Counted from the stretch's first letter, positions 36,124 to 46,847 are shown. The stretch: 64,000 nt of DNA from Paraburkholderia sp. (GCF_049581445.1 NZ_JBAURZ010000343.1:39-64038); one strand, 5' to 3'. Numbers and translations are program-made. The notes: generated by a model from the sequence alone, not told the origin.

Positions 36124-36564
36124 GGAAGACTCCTTTCCTCGAAGTGGAGGCTGTCTTCACTATAGTGCCTTTCGGACTTGCCAAGGTCCTGATTCCAGGG
36201 TGGCCGCAGGCGCCGGAAAATTCCAGACTGGAACGATCGTTCCAGTCGCGTGGGATCCAGTTGATCCATATTGAGTCGACTATGAAAGTTTGTCGACGAA
36301 GGGCTGGAGTCCCGCCTAGACCAGAATGCGTCTTTACGACTAACATAGTCCGCGCTTGCCGGAGTTGGGTGAGAAGGGCGCCGCTTTCAGGCATGGTCGA
36401 AATGTGACACGTGGACGTAAAACCTGCGCCTGGGATGAACATGAATGAGCCAGCCAAATGAACACTAGCTCTCTGTTCGACAAACCACCACTCGATCCGC
36501 CCGATCCGCCCCACGGCAGGCCTCAAACTACGCTGGCTGATATCACCCTTCGGATGGTCCAGCC

Positions 36565-37473
36565 ATGGCCGTGTTGCGCACTGTACTCAAATACGCCAAC
36601 GGCGTGATTTTCGTCTCCTCAATGGTCGAGGCTCTGATACTTGCCGTAAGACGCAGCTCGCGCGGCTACGACTGGAAGGCAGCGGGTGTGTCGGTGACGG
36701 ACTTTCTCGTTCGTGAATATCCGTTGCGCTGGTTGCTGCCACTGGCCTTCTGGAGTGACGCAATGAACTGGTTCTGGCAGCACAGGCTCTGGACGTTGCC
36801 GATGAACCATTGGAGTGGTTGGCTGACGTGCTTCGTGGGCCAGTAATTCTGCTACTACTGGTATCACCGCGCGGCCCATCGGACACGTTGGTTCTGGTGC
36901 ACCCATGCTGTTCACCATTCACCTGATCAACTCAATCTTTGCGCCGCGTATCGGATTGGCTGGACTGACCGTCTTACTGGCTCGACGCTGTTTTTCGTAC
37001 TCGCGCCGCTATTCGGCATGCCACCCCAGATCGTGCTGATGCTACTTTCGCTGAACCTGCTCTATCAATTCTGGCTACACGTAACGTGGATTCCACGCCT
37101 CGGGCCGCTTGAATGGCTCTTCAACACGCCTTCCGCACACCGCGTGCATCATGCGTCCAACCTCGAGTACCTGGATGGAAACTATGGCGGTGTGCTGATC
37201 GTGTTTGATCGACTATTCAACACCTATATCGCGGAGCGGCGCGGTCTGCCATGCCGCTATGGTCTGGTGCGGCCGGTGACGACCTATAACCTGCTCAAGA
37301 TCGAGTTCGACCAATGGCGTGCGCTATGGCGCGATCTACTGTCCGCGCGTTCCATACGTGCGGTATTTAGCTACGTAGTCAAGCCGCCCGGCTGGCGGCC
37401 CGATAATCAAGGGGATACGACAGAAGATCTAAGACGTCGCGCAGATTCACGCTCCTTTGGCGCTGGACGGTAA
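36565..37473 (+). pseudogene. Sterol desaturase / fatty-acid hydroxylase family gene with one in-frame TAA
   Basis: ORFs 36565..36846 and 37018..37473 are in the same frame. The TAA at 36844..36846 interrupts '..CFVGQ*FCYYWYHRAAHR'. His boxes 'HRAAH', 'HAVHH' and 'HRVHH' are intact downstream. Confidence 0.7.
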
Positions 37474-37812
37474 CAGGTTCGCCCTGGGCGCAATGATCGG
37501 ATGTAACGATGATTGCAGGCCACGTTGCAGCGCAGCGAAAGTGCCAACATCGAAGCAGCGATCTTTGCGCGGCCGAGGCAATGGGAAAGCCCGCTATCTT
37601 CAGCTTGAAAGCGAATTTTTTCGCCACGGCGGATTGGTTCTGTTTGCATGATAGCCACGGTGAACGGTTCATTTTGTTCTACTCTATAAGCGCGACGCAC
37701 AGTGGTTCCCGGTGTTTGTCCAGCGTCGCGGCTATAGGGAAATGCTTGTGAATTCGCCGCGCCCGTAGATCGTTTTCCCGACCTTGGCGCGCTGACCTCA
37801 TGGAGGATGAAG

Positions 37813-38466
37813 ATGTCAATTCGATTAGGAGAAGAAGCACCGGATTTCACGGCTGAAACCACCGAAGGAACGATCCGATTTCACGAATGGATTGGCGACC
37901 ATTGGGCAATTCTGTTCTCGCATCCAAAGGACTTCACGCCGGTTTGCACGACTGAGCTCGGATACATGGCAGGGCTGAAGCCGGAATTCGATAAGCGCAA
38001 CACGAAGGTCATCGGGCTTAGCGTGGATCCTGTCAGCGACCACCAGAAGTGGCTGAAGGATATTGAAGAGACGCAGGGACACGCGGTCAACTACCCGCTG
38101 ATCGGCGACGCGGACCTGAGTGTCGCGAAGCTCTACGACATGATTCATCCGAACGCAAGCGGCGGCACGCGCACTGCGGTGGACAACGCGACGGTACGCT
38201 CCGTGTTTCTTATCGGACCGGACAAGAAGGTCAAAGCGATGCTCGTCTATCCGATGAGCGCAGGCCGCAATTTCGACGAAGTGATGCGTCTGCTAGATTC
38301 GCTGCAGCTGAACGCTAAACACACGGTGGCGACGCCTGTGAACTGGAAGCCAGGCGAAGACGTTATCATTCCGACGTCCGTTACCAATGACCAGGCGATG
38401 CAGAAGTATCCTCAGGGTTTCAAAACCTTGAAGCCCTACCTGCGGTACGTGGCGCAACCGAGATGA
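37813..38466 (+). CDS. 1-Cys peroxiredoxin (Prx6 type)
   Basis: 'MSIRLGEEAPDF..WAILFSHPKDFTPVCTTELG'. Start set at ATG 37813 (GGAGG 6 nt upstream). Confidence 0.9.
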   Translation: MSIRLGEEAPDFTAETTEGTIRFHEWIGDHWAILFSHPKDFTPVCTTELGYMAGLKPEFDKRNTKVIGLSVDPVSDHQKWLKDIEETQGHAVNYPLIGDADLSVAKLYDMIHPNASGGTRTAVDNATVRSVFLIGPDKKVKAMLVYPMSAGRNFDEVMRLLDSLQLNAKHTVATPVNWKPGEDVIIPTSVTNDQAMQKYPQGFKTLKPYLRYVAQPR

Positions 38467-38575
38467 GGTTCTAGTTGACGGAAAGCGCGCGCACCGGGAA
38501 TTTCGCAACTCGGTGCTCGCGGCGGGTCCGTCAGCATCATAAAAGGCTCGTAGATGCGGGCCATGGAGACAGACC

Positions 38576-39649
38576 GTGCTGATCTTCCGGCAACTATTCG
38601 ACCAGCAATCGTCCACGTACACGTATCTTCTTGCCGATGGGGCAACAGGAGAGGCAGTGCTGATCGATCCGGTTTTCGAGCAGGTGCGCCGGGACACCGC
38701 GTTGATCGAAGAGCTGCAATTGCGCCTGCTTTATACAATCGACACACATGTCCATGCCGATCACGTGACTGGCGCGTGGATGCACAAACAGCGCGCAGGC
38801 AGTCAGATTGCGATATCGGCCGCGAGCGGCGCCGAAGGCGCAGACCGCTATCTGACCCATGGCGACTTTTGTCCGTTCGGCGCGCGATATCTGTCCGTGC
38901 GCGCAACACCTGGTCATACAAGTGGATGCATTTGCCTGGTACTTGATGACGAGAGCATGGCGTTTACCGGCGATTGCCTGTTGATCAGAGGCACTGGCCG
39001 GACGGATTTCCAGCACGGTGACCCGCACGCAATGTTCCGGGCGATCCACCATCAGATTTTCACTTTGCCCGAAACATGCCTGCTTTATCCGGCGCACGAC
39101 TACCGCGGTTTGACTGTCACGAGTGTCGGCGAGGAGCGGCGCTTCAATCCGCGCCTCGGTGGTGAACTGTGCGAAGACGATTTCACCGGATACATGACGA
39201 ACCTGGGCCTGCCGCATCCGAAGCAGATCGACATCGCGGTACCGGCCAACCTCAAATGCGGCTTCGCCGCGTGTGACCCCTCGCGGATGGCTGAGCCGAG
39301 TTGGGCGCCACTGTCCTACACTTTTGCGGGCATCTGGGAAATCAATGCTCAATGGCTGGAAGAAAATCTGCGCGCTGTCCAGATTGTCGACGTTCGCGAG
39401 CCTGACGAGTTCAACGGGCCGCTGGGGCGGATTCCGGAGGCCAGACTCATTTCACTCGGCGAGTTGGCCCAGCGCGCCGGTGAACTCGGGCAAGATCGCC
39501 CGATCGTGACGGTCTGCCGTGCCGGCGGACGTTCAGCGCAAGCCACGGCCATACTGCGGCGGTCGGGATTCGAGGCGGTTGCTAATCTCGCCGGCGGTAT
39601 GCTCCGCTGGCGTGCAGAAGGACGCGTTGTCGAAAACGGGAGCGTTTAA
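38576..39649 (+). CDS. Persulfide dioxygenase (ETHE1-like MBL fold) fused to a rhodanese domain
   Basis: 357 aa, GTG start. Metal motif 'THVHADHVTG'. C-terminal rhodanese active site 'VCRAGGRS'. Confidence 0.85.
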   Translation: MLIFRQLFDQQSSTYTYLLADGATGEAVLIDPVFEQVRRDTALIEELQLRLLYTIDTHVHADHVTGAWMHKQRAGSQIAISAASGAEGADRYLTHGDFCPFGARYLSVRATPGHTSGCICLVLDDESMAFTGDCLLIRGTGRTDFQHGDPHAMFRAIHHQIFTLPETCLLYPAHDYRGLTVTSVGEERRFNPRLGGELCEDDFTGYMTNLGLPHPKQIDIAVPANLKCGFAACDPSRMAEPSWAPLSYTFAGIWEINAQWLEENLRAVQIVDVREPDEFNGPLGRIPEARLISLGELAQRAGELGQDRPIVTVCRAGGRSAQATAILRRSGFEAVANLAGGMLRWRAEGRVVENGSV

Positions 39650-39800
39650 GCCGCTCACCCGATTCGCAAAGATCCTCGACTTCGTCCAATCAGATCAGCT
39701 GCCGTCCGTAAAATTTGGGGCCGGCACGACGGAAAATTTTCCCGCACGGCGTGAGCATCAGCGCACTGAGCACAGTCATTAAATGCGACTCGTGTAAACT

Positions 39801-40460
39801 GTGCCGATGTCCTCACACATCGATTACCTCAACCCCGCTCTTCCTTCCGGTCTCCGGCGCGTGCCGATGCCCGTGGTCGACGCAACCCCAACTACGCTCG
39901 AAGGCTTTGGCCGGCTTGTAGCGGATCCGAGCGAGTGCCCGATTGAGATCGTGCGGTGGCCGGCGGTGGGATCAAGACCCATCGACCCTGACACCGGTGA
40001 TCAGGCAGGCACGACGGAAGGCATCTTCGTCAGCGAATGGCGCGGCGACATTCTCTATGGTCGAAACGAGGCCGTGGGCGGTCACTACGTCCTGGCGTAT
40101 GCAACGGAGCCTGACGCGGCCCGTGACGACAACGCCAATGCCCCAGAACGCATGTTGCTTTGGCATGCGAACTACCACCCCGACGGCGGACAACTGTTCT
40201 TCCCTCTCGACCATCGTCCCTTCTACATTCCGTTGGCGTTGCCGGGAGACGACATTACGCCAGAGAAGTTCGTGTGTTTTCGCTTCGATGGACGGCAGGG
40301 TCTCTACATCCATCCGAGCATCTGGCATGAAGGCGTGTTCACGCTTGAAGGAACACAGCGCTTCTTTGACAAGCAGGGCGCTGTCCACGCGCGCGTGTCC
40401 GTCGAGTTTGCGCGCGAGTTTGGTTGTCTGCTCGAGGCACCGATTCTCGGCGACGCTTGA
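39801..40460 (+). CDS. Ureidoglycolate lyase (AllA)-family-like protein
   Basis: 219 aa. 'ANYHPDGGQLFFPL..GLYIHPSIWHEGVF' resembles the AllA 'ERHPLGTQAFIP..NYHRNVWHHPLF' core (from memory). Confidence 0.5.
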   Translation: MPMSSHIDYLNPALPSGLRRVPMPVVDATPTTLEGFGRLVADPSECPIEIVRWPAVGSRPIDPDTGDQAGTTEGIFVSEWRGDILYGRNEAVGGHYVLAYATEPDAARDDNANAPERMLLWHANYHPDGGQLFFPLDHRPFYIPLALPGDDITPEKFVCFRFDGRQGLYIHPSIWHEGVFTLEGTQRFFDKQGAVHARVSVEFAREFGCLLEAPILGDA

Positions 40461-40659
40461 CCTGTTTTAGTGGCGCTCGACTCGCCGTTACTCGCGCTCG
40501 GTTTCGAGCGCCGCGTCGGCGCACGCCAGAAAACCTTTGATCAGGTGGCGCGTATGGCGAAACTGGTTTCAGCAAGGCGATGGTTCGGACCGCTATGTGC
40601 CGGGCGAGCCTTTCGAGAGCAACGACTACCGGCGACGACCATCACAATTCGAGTTTGAT

Positions 40660-41269
40660 ATGCAAAGCATGACAGCGACCCCGCAGGGTGAGTCTCGCAA
40701 TGGGCAGGCGGCGCCGGTCCGGTTCGGAATCGTGCTGCTTCCCAACTTCACCTTGACGGCCTTCTCCGGATTCGTCGACGTGCTGCGCCTCGCCAGTGAC
40801 GAAGGCGACCTTAGCCGGCCGGTTCGTTGCGCGTGGAGCATCATCGGCGAATTGCTTACGCCAGTCCGTGCAAGCTGCGGTATCCAGGTCACGCCGAAAC
40901 GCGCCTCAACCTCACCCACCTGGCCTTCGGCCCGCCACGCATCCAAAAGTAAAGCGAGCGATCTTGCTGATGGAGCAACACATCGGGCAGCCGTTAAGCT
41001 TGAGCGAGCTTGCACATCGCCTGGAAATGTCTGTTCGACAACTTGAACGCTTGTTCAGCAGCGAAATGGAGACTGCGCCGCTGACCTATGCCCGGCAGCT
41101 TCGTCTGCGTACCGCTGCCTGGTTGCTGACGAGTTCTGACCGCACCGTTACCGAAATCGCATCTTCATGTGGCTTCGCAGACGCATCGCATCTAGGTCGG
41201 GAATTCAAGAAGGAATACGGAGAAGCGCCAAACGCCTTTCGCATGCATGGTGCGCAGCTCGCGCAATAG
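40660..41269 (+). pseudogene. GlxA-type (DJ-1/PfpI + AraC HTH) regulator with internal deletion and frameshift
   Basis: The N-terminus 'VRFGIVLLPNFTLTAFSGFVDVLRLA' (frame of 40537) joins directly, in another frame, to the HTH half 'HPKVKRAILLMEQHIGQPLSLSELAHRL..SHLGREFKKEYGEAP'. About 130 aa of the DJ-1 domain are missing. Confidence 0.6.
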
Positions 41270-41456
41270 GTCACGGATACGTCGGTTACTACCTCGCAAT
41301 CGTTTGCCACCAGGCGGTTCACGGCGAAAGACCACGCACCATGCATGCATCGACGCGATGGCGACGAACGATCGTTAAAGCCCCCGTAAAATACGCCGAT
41401 AACCCGGTTAGCCGTTCGCTTACATAACCCACAATTCAGAATAAAAGGTAGCGCGC

Positions 41457-42458
41457 ATGAGCGGGTTCACTCCATTCGCTGATTCGGACATAAACGCAGG
41501 CCGTTCTCCCCGCGATGTACGGGTCCGCAAAGGGAAACAGACGACGACGATCAGTGTGCCCTGCAGTGTCGGCGGTTCAGTCTGCTTCATGCGCCCCGGC
41601 CCCGATGGTCAGGGTTCGCGTTTCGTCGCGGCGTTTCGACTCGTGCCACCTGAAAAAATTAGTGACGACGTTGTCGTGTTTGGGATCGACGGTTCGACAC
41701 TCAATGGGCTCAGGCGTGACGAGGAATTTATTGACGCTGTCCGCCCGTTGCTTAAGTCGGGATCGCGCGTCTCGCTGGGAAAGAATTGGCTTTCCATCAC
41801 TGTCGGCAATGCGAAAGCGCGTGATTCGAAAGATGAAATTTGCCGCTATTTGACGGTGGTGGCCACGCGACTCGAGTCCCTCATCGGTGCGAGCGCGAAC
41901 GAGTCGGCCAACATCGGTCAGCTGTCCTTACCCTACGTTGTGCTTTCGTACGCCTCAGGAATCGCTTTGGGCTTGGGGTTCGCATTTTCGAGGCAATCGC
42001 TGATGCCGTTGCGAATTGCCGAGTGCGCCTTGGCGCTGACTTTGGTGCTGGCGTGTTTGATGTTGCTGCTTGTCATTCCTATTCACCTGCGCAAGCAGGC
42101 GCTCGGTGGCCCGGTTGCATCAACCGTCGTCGGCGCGGCAGTGATGGGTTCGATTTGCCTCGGCTCCGCAAGCGCGCTTATTGCGAACACTTACGTTGGA
42201 GAACGGTTTTTGCAGCCGGAGGGGTTGACGGCGTCGGGCATCATTGTCATCACGCGCGGGAAACATACCAGTTGCACACTCGTTCTTGACGAACCATCGG
42301 CGCGGATTGTGGCTGGCACATACGTTGGGCGGCTGCCAATTGCGTGCAGCGATGTCCATTATCGCGAGAACCTGCATTCGCGCTCCTATTACATTGATAT
42401 CAATCCTGGCCTTTTCGGTGCACGTTTCGTGCAAGCGATCCGTACCACAGATAATTGA
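41457..42458 (+). CDS. Hypothetical membrane protein
   Basis: 333 aa. A soluble N-terminal ~165 aa, three or four hydrophobic helices, and a ~90-aa C-terminal domain. No recognisable motif. Confidence 0.55.
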   Translation: MSGFTPFADSDINAGRSPRDVRVRKGKQTTTISVPCSVGGSVCFMRPGPDGQGSRFVAAFRLVPPEKISDDVVVFGIDGSTLNGLRRDEEFIDAVRPLLKSGSRVSLGKNWLSITVGNAKARDSKDEICRYLTVVATRLESLIGASANESANIGQLSLPYVVLSYASGIALGLGFAFSRQSLMPLRIAECALALTLVLACLMLLLVIPIHLRKQALGGPVASTVVGAAVMGSICLGSASALIANTYVGERFLQPEGLTASGIIVITRGKHTSCTLVLDEPSARIVAGTYVGRLPIACSDVHYRENLHSRSYYIDINPGLFGARFVQAIRTTDN

Positions 42459-42577
42459 CGCGAATCAGGCGAGGCTCAATGAAAGGGCGGCGACCCAGGC
42501 CGAGCGCAGGGCTCGCTCGGTGCCGCCGCATGCAAAGCGCCATAGTGAAAAGCAGCATGAATCAAGGTGAGATTTGA

Positions 42578-43138
42578 CTAGCGGAAGCCGTACATCAGCA
42601 CCTTTTTCCCCTCAAAGCTTTCCTGCACACCTTGCTCGCAATACGGTGGGCACGTCGTGCCGTCGACGGTCGGCGCGGATGATGTAGTAATTGCCCTGGA
42701 GACAATGGATTCGATGAGCGTCCCGTCGTCAGCGACGACGATTTGCAAGTCAGTCTCGACGCCGGCCGGCACGGGGCCTGCGCTATAGACGATATTCATG
42801 GTGCCGGTGCAATCGGAGTTCACCGTGTAGGTGCCGCTCTGGTTCGGATTGAATGTCGTCTGCCCTCCCTTGGGCACCCCGTTGATAATCCCGAAGTCGG
42901 TGCGCGAAAAATGGCCTGCGCCATCGAACGCCACCAGGGCGACGTCATCAAGGATCGACGGGGCGGCGAACTTATGCAGCACATTACCTGGATCGAGCAA
43001 TCCAAGAATTTGTCCGTGACCGCTAAACCCATACGGTCCCTTTAGCGTGGCGTCCGAGCATAGGCCACCGGCCTGTGCCGAACTGCTGAGCGCTAGAAGC
43101 GCAACTGCCGTTGTCGACAAAACGCTCAAACTTTTCAT
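42578..43138 (-). CDS. Hypothetical secreted protein (beta-rich, lipocalin-like pattern)
   Basis: Start set at 'MKSLSVLSTTAVALLALSSSAQA' (AAGGAG 6 nt upstream). 'GTYTVNSDCTGT' type repeat pattern. Confidence 0.6.
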   Translation of the reverse strand: MKSLSVLSTTAVALLALSSSAQAGGLCSDATLKGPYGFSGHGQILGLLDPGNVLHKFAAPSILDDVALVAFDGAGHFSRTDFGIINGVPKGGQTTFNPNQSGTYTVNSDCTGTMNIVYSAGPVPAGVETDLQIVVADDGTLIESIVSRAITTSSAPTVDGTTCPPYCEQGVQESFEGKKVLMYGFR

Positions 43139-43569
43139 GATCATCTCCTTGTCAGCGAATGAGGCGATTAGCTGCCGAAGGCGCAAGGGTTCGCATTGCC
43201 TGGCTGAATTGGGCGCGCCACTCAGAGAAATGAAAGTAAAACAGCCGCAGTTATGCCCGGCGATCGCCGTTTGCGGAGCCACCGATAAGCGAACGAAGAA
43301 CCGCCGACGCGGCCGTCAGTTCGGAAACGCGAGGTGCGAAAGCCTCACTATGGGAAAACGTTATGGATAACGAAGGAATACGCCAAGCGCTTATTTTGCG
43401 CCTGGTATGGGCGGATACGTGCTGAAGGGTTGCACGAAAGTCCGCGCGTGGGTGACTTCGTGAGTCGGCTACGCATTAAGATTGCGTCGCGAAAACCAGT
43501 ATAGGTCAGGATATTTTCGAATGCGATGCATTCGACGATGCTATCGACTGCGAATTTTCGCACTTAACG

Positions 43570-44568
43570 CTAAGGGGCGCGCTTGATACCCAGCGGCGGC
43601 GTTACGCCGGTTCGTGAGTCGAGTTCCGATTGCCACCTTGCCTGCGTGAGCAATTGCTTTGCTTCAGGATTCGAGGGATCGATCACGAGGGCGTCGCCAG
43701 CGTTGCGCCACACGCAGGTCCACTGATCACGCACGGCGCAAGTCCGTGCGGCTAGCAGGATCGAATTTCGTCTGAATTCGCGGTCCTGAAGATCTGCATT
43801 CAGTTTGATGGCGCTGATGTTGTTGGGCTCTTCAATGAGGACTCTCGATAGAGCCGCTCGCGCGGTAGTCAGGTTGTTCTTGTCCATATTCACGCGAGCA
43901 ATCTGCAGATCGACTTCTGCACGTGGGTGTTGCATTGCGGCGGGAATTTCGGTCTTCGGCCGTGCCGCAACGCGCGCGATGGGGCGAGCTTGCCCGGTGG
44001 TTGATAACGGCTGTGAAGGCGATGGCGATGGCGAGGGTGAAAGCGAAGGCGAAGGCGAAGGCGAAGGCGCTGATGAAATGGACGACGGCGAAGGTGACGT
44101 TGGCGGCATCGGTGTCGATGGTATCGCCGCAGGCGAAGGGAACGTTGGTTGTAGCGATGAAACCGGTTCAGCGCTCGTAATGGTTCCTTCCGCGCTTTGC
44201 AAGGCAAGCGCGACCCTGTCGTCGCGTTTGCTGAAGAGGCCAGAACTCAGCGTTACACATATCAGCGCCAATAACGCGAGCAGGATCGAGACGCCATACA
44301 TCCAACCGGCAGGCGCGGTATTTCGCTCGTATTCGTACCGCGGTGGCGATCCATAAGCGCCGTCAGCTTCGTTGCCGGACTGCGTGAAGAGCGCGCGGAA
44401 TTTTCGCCACGCTATGTGTGGCGGCTTCTGCCAACTACGCTGTTCAGCCATTGGGTCGCGACGTTCCGCGCGCTCGTGCTCTTGCTGCGGCGCGTACGGT
44501 GAACGACTGGTCGGACCGACGCCTTGCCGGATGCCACTGCCGTCGGTCAAATGGGGTTCATCGAGCAT
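43570..44568 (-). CDS. Hypothetical single-pass membrane protein with a (Ser-Pro)n linker and a TPR-like C-terminal domain
   Basis: TM helix 'WMYGVSILLALLALICVTL'. Linker 'SPSPSSISSAPSPSPSPSLSPSPSPSPS'. The start is uncertain (44568 or 44451; the ORF is open to 44793). Confidence 0.5.
   Translation of the reverse strand: MLDEPHLTDGSGIRQGVGPTSRSPYAPQQEHERAERRDPMAEQRSWQKPPHIAWRKFRALFTQSGNEADGAYGSPPRYEYERNTAPAGWMYGVSILLALLALICVTLSSGLFSKRDDRVALALQSAEGTITSAEPVSSLQPTFPSPAAIPSTPMPPTSPSPSSISSAPSPSPSPSLSPSPSPSPSQPLSTTGQARPIARVAARPKTEIPAAMQHPRAEVDLQIARVNMDKNNLTTARAALSRVLIEEPNNISAIKLNADLQDREFRRNSILLAARTCAVRDQWTCVWRNAGDALVIDPSNPEAKQLLTQARWQSELDSRTGVTPPLGIKRAP
44019..44069. repeat. Hexanucleotide microsatellite, GGCGAN periodicity with perfect (GCGAAG)4 at 44043..44066
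   Basis: Read directly from the sequence. It encodes the (Ser-Pro)n tract of the minus-strand CDS. Confidence 0.85.
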
Positions 44569-44888
44569 ATCCCGGAGTGTGCAGACAATTGGATGGGATT
44601 GGGGTCGGGTTCGACATGCTTGGTTGCGGTGAACGACTAGCAACCATTGATGCATGACGACGTTCAGTGTGCTGAGGCGAAACTGAAAAATAGAGTACCA
44701 CAGACACACGTTAGAACGTTCGCGTAAAAAATCATGGCGTGACCGCGCGTTGCAACCGCATACGGAAGACGCAATCCGTGTGCCTGCTCTCACGGTTTAT
44801 CAGAACATTGAGGTCTCATCGCATTCGAAAACAGACGTGCAGAACGGAAAGAGGCCAGCCGGGTGCTCCATTGCCTGATCTCCGTATG

Positions 44889-45827
44889 TCAAACGTGAGG
44901 ACTCCCATGGAGTTTTTCGCCATCGCGATCCCAAGGCGGCACCCCACCCATTGCATCGACGAGGAAATCCACCATCACTCGCACCTTTGCACTGAGGTGA
45001 CGGCGACTGGGGTAAATCGCCAGAACCTCGATGTCGGGTAAGCGATAACCGGGTAGTAATGGCACGAGATTGCCGGCACGCAGATCGTCGCCAATCAGAA
45101 AGGTGGGCTGCCAGATCACGCCTTGGCCAGCGAGCGCGGCGGCCCGCGCCGTGTCGCCGTTGTTGGTGTGCATCTGACACTGGACCTTTACCGGGTGAAC
45201 CTTGCCGTCCTGGTCGATGAACTGCCATTCATCACCCGTGGCCGCATAGGTGTAGCCAACGCAGAGATGGTCGGCGAGTTCCGCTGGCGTTCGCGGCTGC
45301 CCACGGCGCGCCACGTAGTCGGGCGACGCACACAGGATGTTGCGCGACTTCGCCAGTTTGCGGGCCGCGTGGCTGGTCGAACCGGCGCGCGAGATCCGGA
45401 TCGCGAGATCGAAGCCTTCATCGACGATATCGACGACCCGATCGATCAGTGCGACTTCAAGTTCTACCCGTGGAAATTTGCGCATGAACTCGGGCCATAG
45501 CGGCGCAAGATGTCGAATCCCGAAGCTCACCGGCGCGTTGATGCGCAACCGTCCGCGTGGCTCGACCGACGTGGACGACACGAGCCCTTCAGTTTCCGCG
45601 ATGTCGTCGAGGATGGATTTGCTCCGCTCGAATAGGGTTTCGCCGCTGGCGGTAAGCGACAGCTTGCGGGAAGTGCGATTGAGCAGGCGCGTCCCGAGAT
45701 GCGCTTCGAGTTCATTGACGTAACGCGTCACGTTGGCGGGCGAGGTATCCAGTGCATCCGCTGCACGCGTAAAGCTGCCGCGGCTCACCACAGTCACAAA
45801 GACTTCAAACGCTCGCAGCCTGTCCAT
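44889..45827 (-). CDS. LysR-family transcriptional regulator
   Basis: HTH: 'MDRLRAFEVFVTVVSRGSFTRAADALDTSPANVTRYVNELEAHLGTRLLNRTSR'. It is divergent from the SDR gene. Confidence 0.9.
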   Translation of the reverse strand: MDRLRAFEVFVTVVSRGSFTRAADALDTSPANVTRYVNELEAHLGTRLLNRTSRKLSLTASGETLFERSKSILDDIAETEGLVSSTSVEPRGRLRINAPVSFGIRHLAPLWPEFMRKFPRVELEVALIDRVVDIVDEGFDLAIRISRAGSTSHAARKLAKSRNILCASPDYVARRGQPRTPAELADHLCVGYTYAATGDEWQFIDQDGKVHPVKVQCQMHTNNGDTARAAALAGQGVIWQPTFLIGDDLRAGNLVPLLPGYRLPDIEVLAIYPSRRHLSAKVRVMVDFLVDAMGGVPPWDRDGEKLHGSPHV

Positions 45828-45965
45828 GCGCGTCCCCAACGTTCATAAAAGCTGAATGATAGGTCAATCCTTTTGATGTTTCATTAACTGAAGGTGATGG
45901 CTATATTGCTCCTCAAGGACCCGGGCATCGTGCACCGGTCCACCACTGTAGTCAGGAGATTGACC

Positions 45966-46730
45966 ATGCAGCGCTTAACAGGAAAAGTCGCGATCGTAAC
46001 CGGCGCCAGTGCGGGAATTGGCCGCGCCACCGCCAAACTGTTCGCCAAGGAAGGAGCAAAAGTAGTGGTCGCGGCACGCCGCGAAGCCGAACTTCAGACC
46101 CTTGTCTCCGAGATCACGCGCGACGGCGGGGAAGTTGTGTCGCTGGCGGGTGACGTGCAATCAGAGGACTTCGCGAAAGCGCTGGTGGCACTCGCCGTCA
46201 GCCGCTTTGGCTGCCTCGACATTGCCTATAACAATGCCGGTACGTTGGGCGAAATGGGGCCGACAACGGGCGTATCCGAACAAGGTTGGTCGTCGACCCT
46301 GGCGACCAATCTGACCAGCGCCTTCCTCGGGGCGAAGCATCAGATTCCCGAGATGGTGAAGCACGGCGCAGGATCGATCATTTTTACATCGACCTTCGTT
46401 GGTTACTCGTTTGCCTTCCCCGGCACCGCAGCGTATGCAGCGAGCAAAGCGGGGCTGATTGGGCTGACTCAGGCGCTCGCGGCCGAGTACGGAGCGCAAG
46501 GTGTGCGTGTCAATGCGATCTTGCCGGGTGCCGTGGACACGGAGATGTATCGCGGCATGAATGACACGGCCGAATCGCAAGCGTTCGTCACCAATCTGCA
46601 TGCGCTCAAGCGCGTTGCACAACCGGAAGAACTCGCGCGCTCGGTCCTGTATCTTGCATCCGATGATTCCTCGTTCGTGACCGGCACCGCATCGCTGGTT
46701 GACGGTGGCGCGTCGATTACGCGTACCTGA
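45966..46730 (+). CDS. Short-chain dehydrogenase/reductase (classical SDR)
   Basis: Motifs 'TGASAGIGRA' and 'YAASKAG'. Start set at ATG 45966 (AGGAGA upstream). Confidence 0.9.
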   Translation: MQRLTGKVAIVTGASAGIGRATAKLFAKEGAKVVVAARREAELQTLVSEITRDGGEVVSLAGDVQSEDFAKALVALAVSRFGCLDIAYNNAGTLGEMGPTTGVSEQGWSSTLATNLTSAFLGAKHQIPEMVKHGAGSIIFTSTFVGYSFAFPGTAAYAASKAGLIGLTQALAAEYGAQGVRVNAILPGAVDTEMYRGMNDTAESQAFVTNLHALKRVAQPEELARSVLYLASDDSSFVTGTASLVDGGASITRT

Positions 46731-46847
46731 CAGGAGCCGTGTAGCGTGCGATAAGGCGCGACGTAAAAGAAGACGACCTGGCCAGGTCAGGTCGCCAAAC
46801 CCGAGGGGTCGGCGTGCCGTGATTACGGACGACGACCCTCAATGCGC

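Noticed and set aside
46775-46800. Palindrome GACCTGGCCAGGTC between the convergent SDR and hydrolase genes, considered as a bidirectional terminator
   Set aside because: The zero-length loop makes the effective stem short, and no U-tract lies on either side. It is too weak to call.
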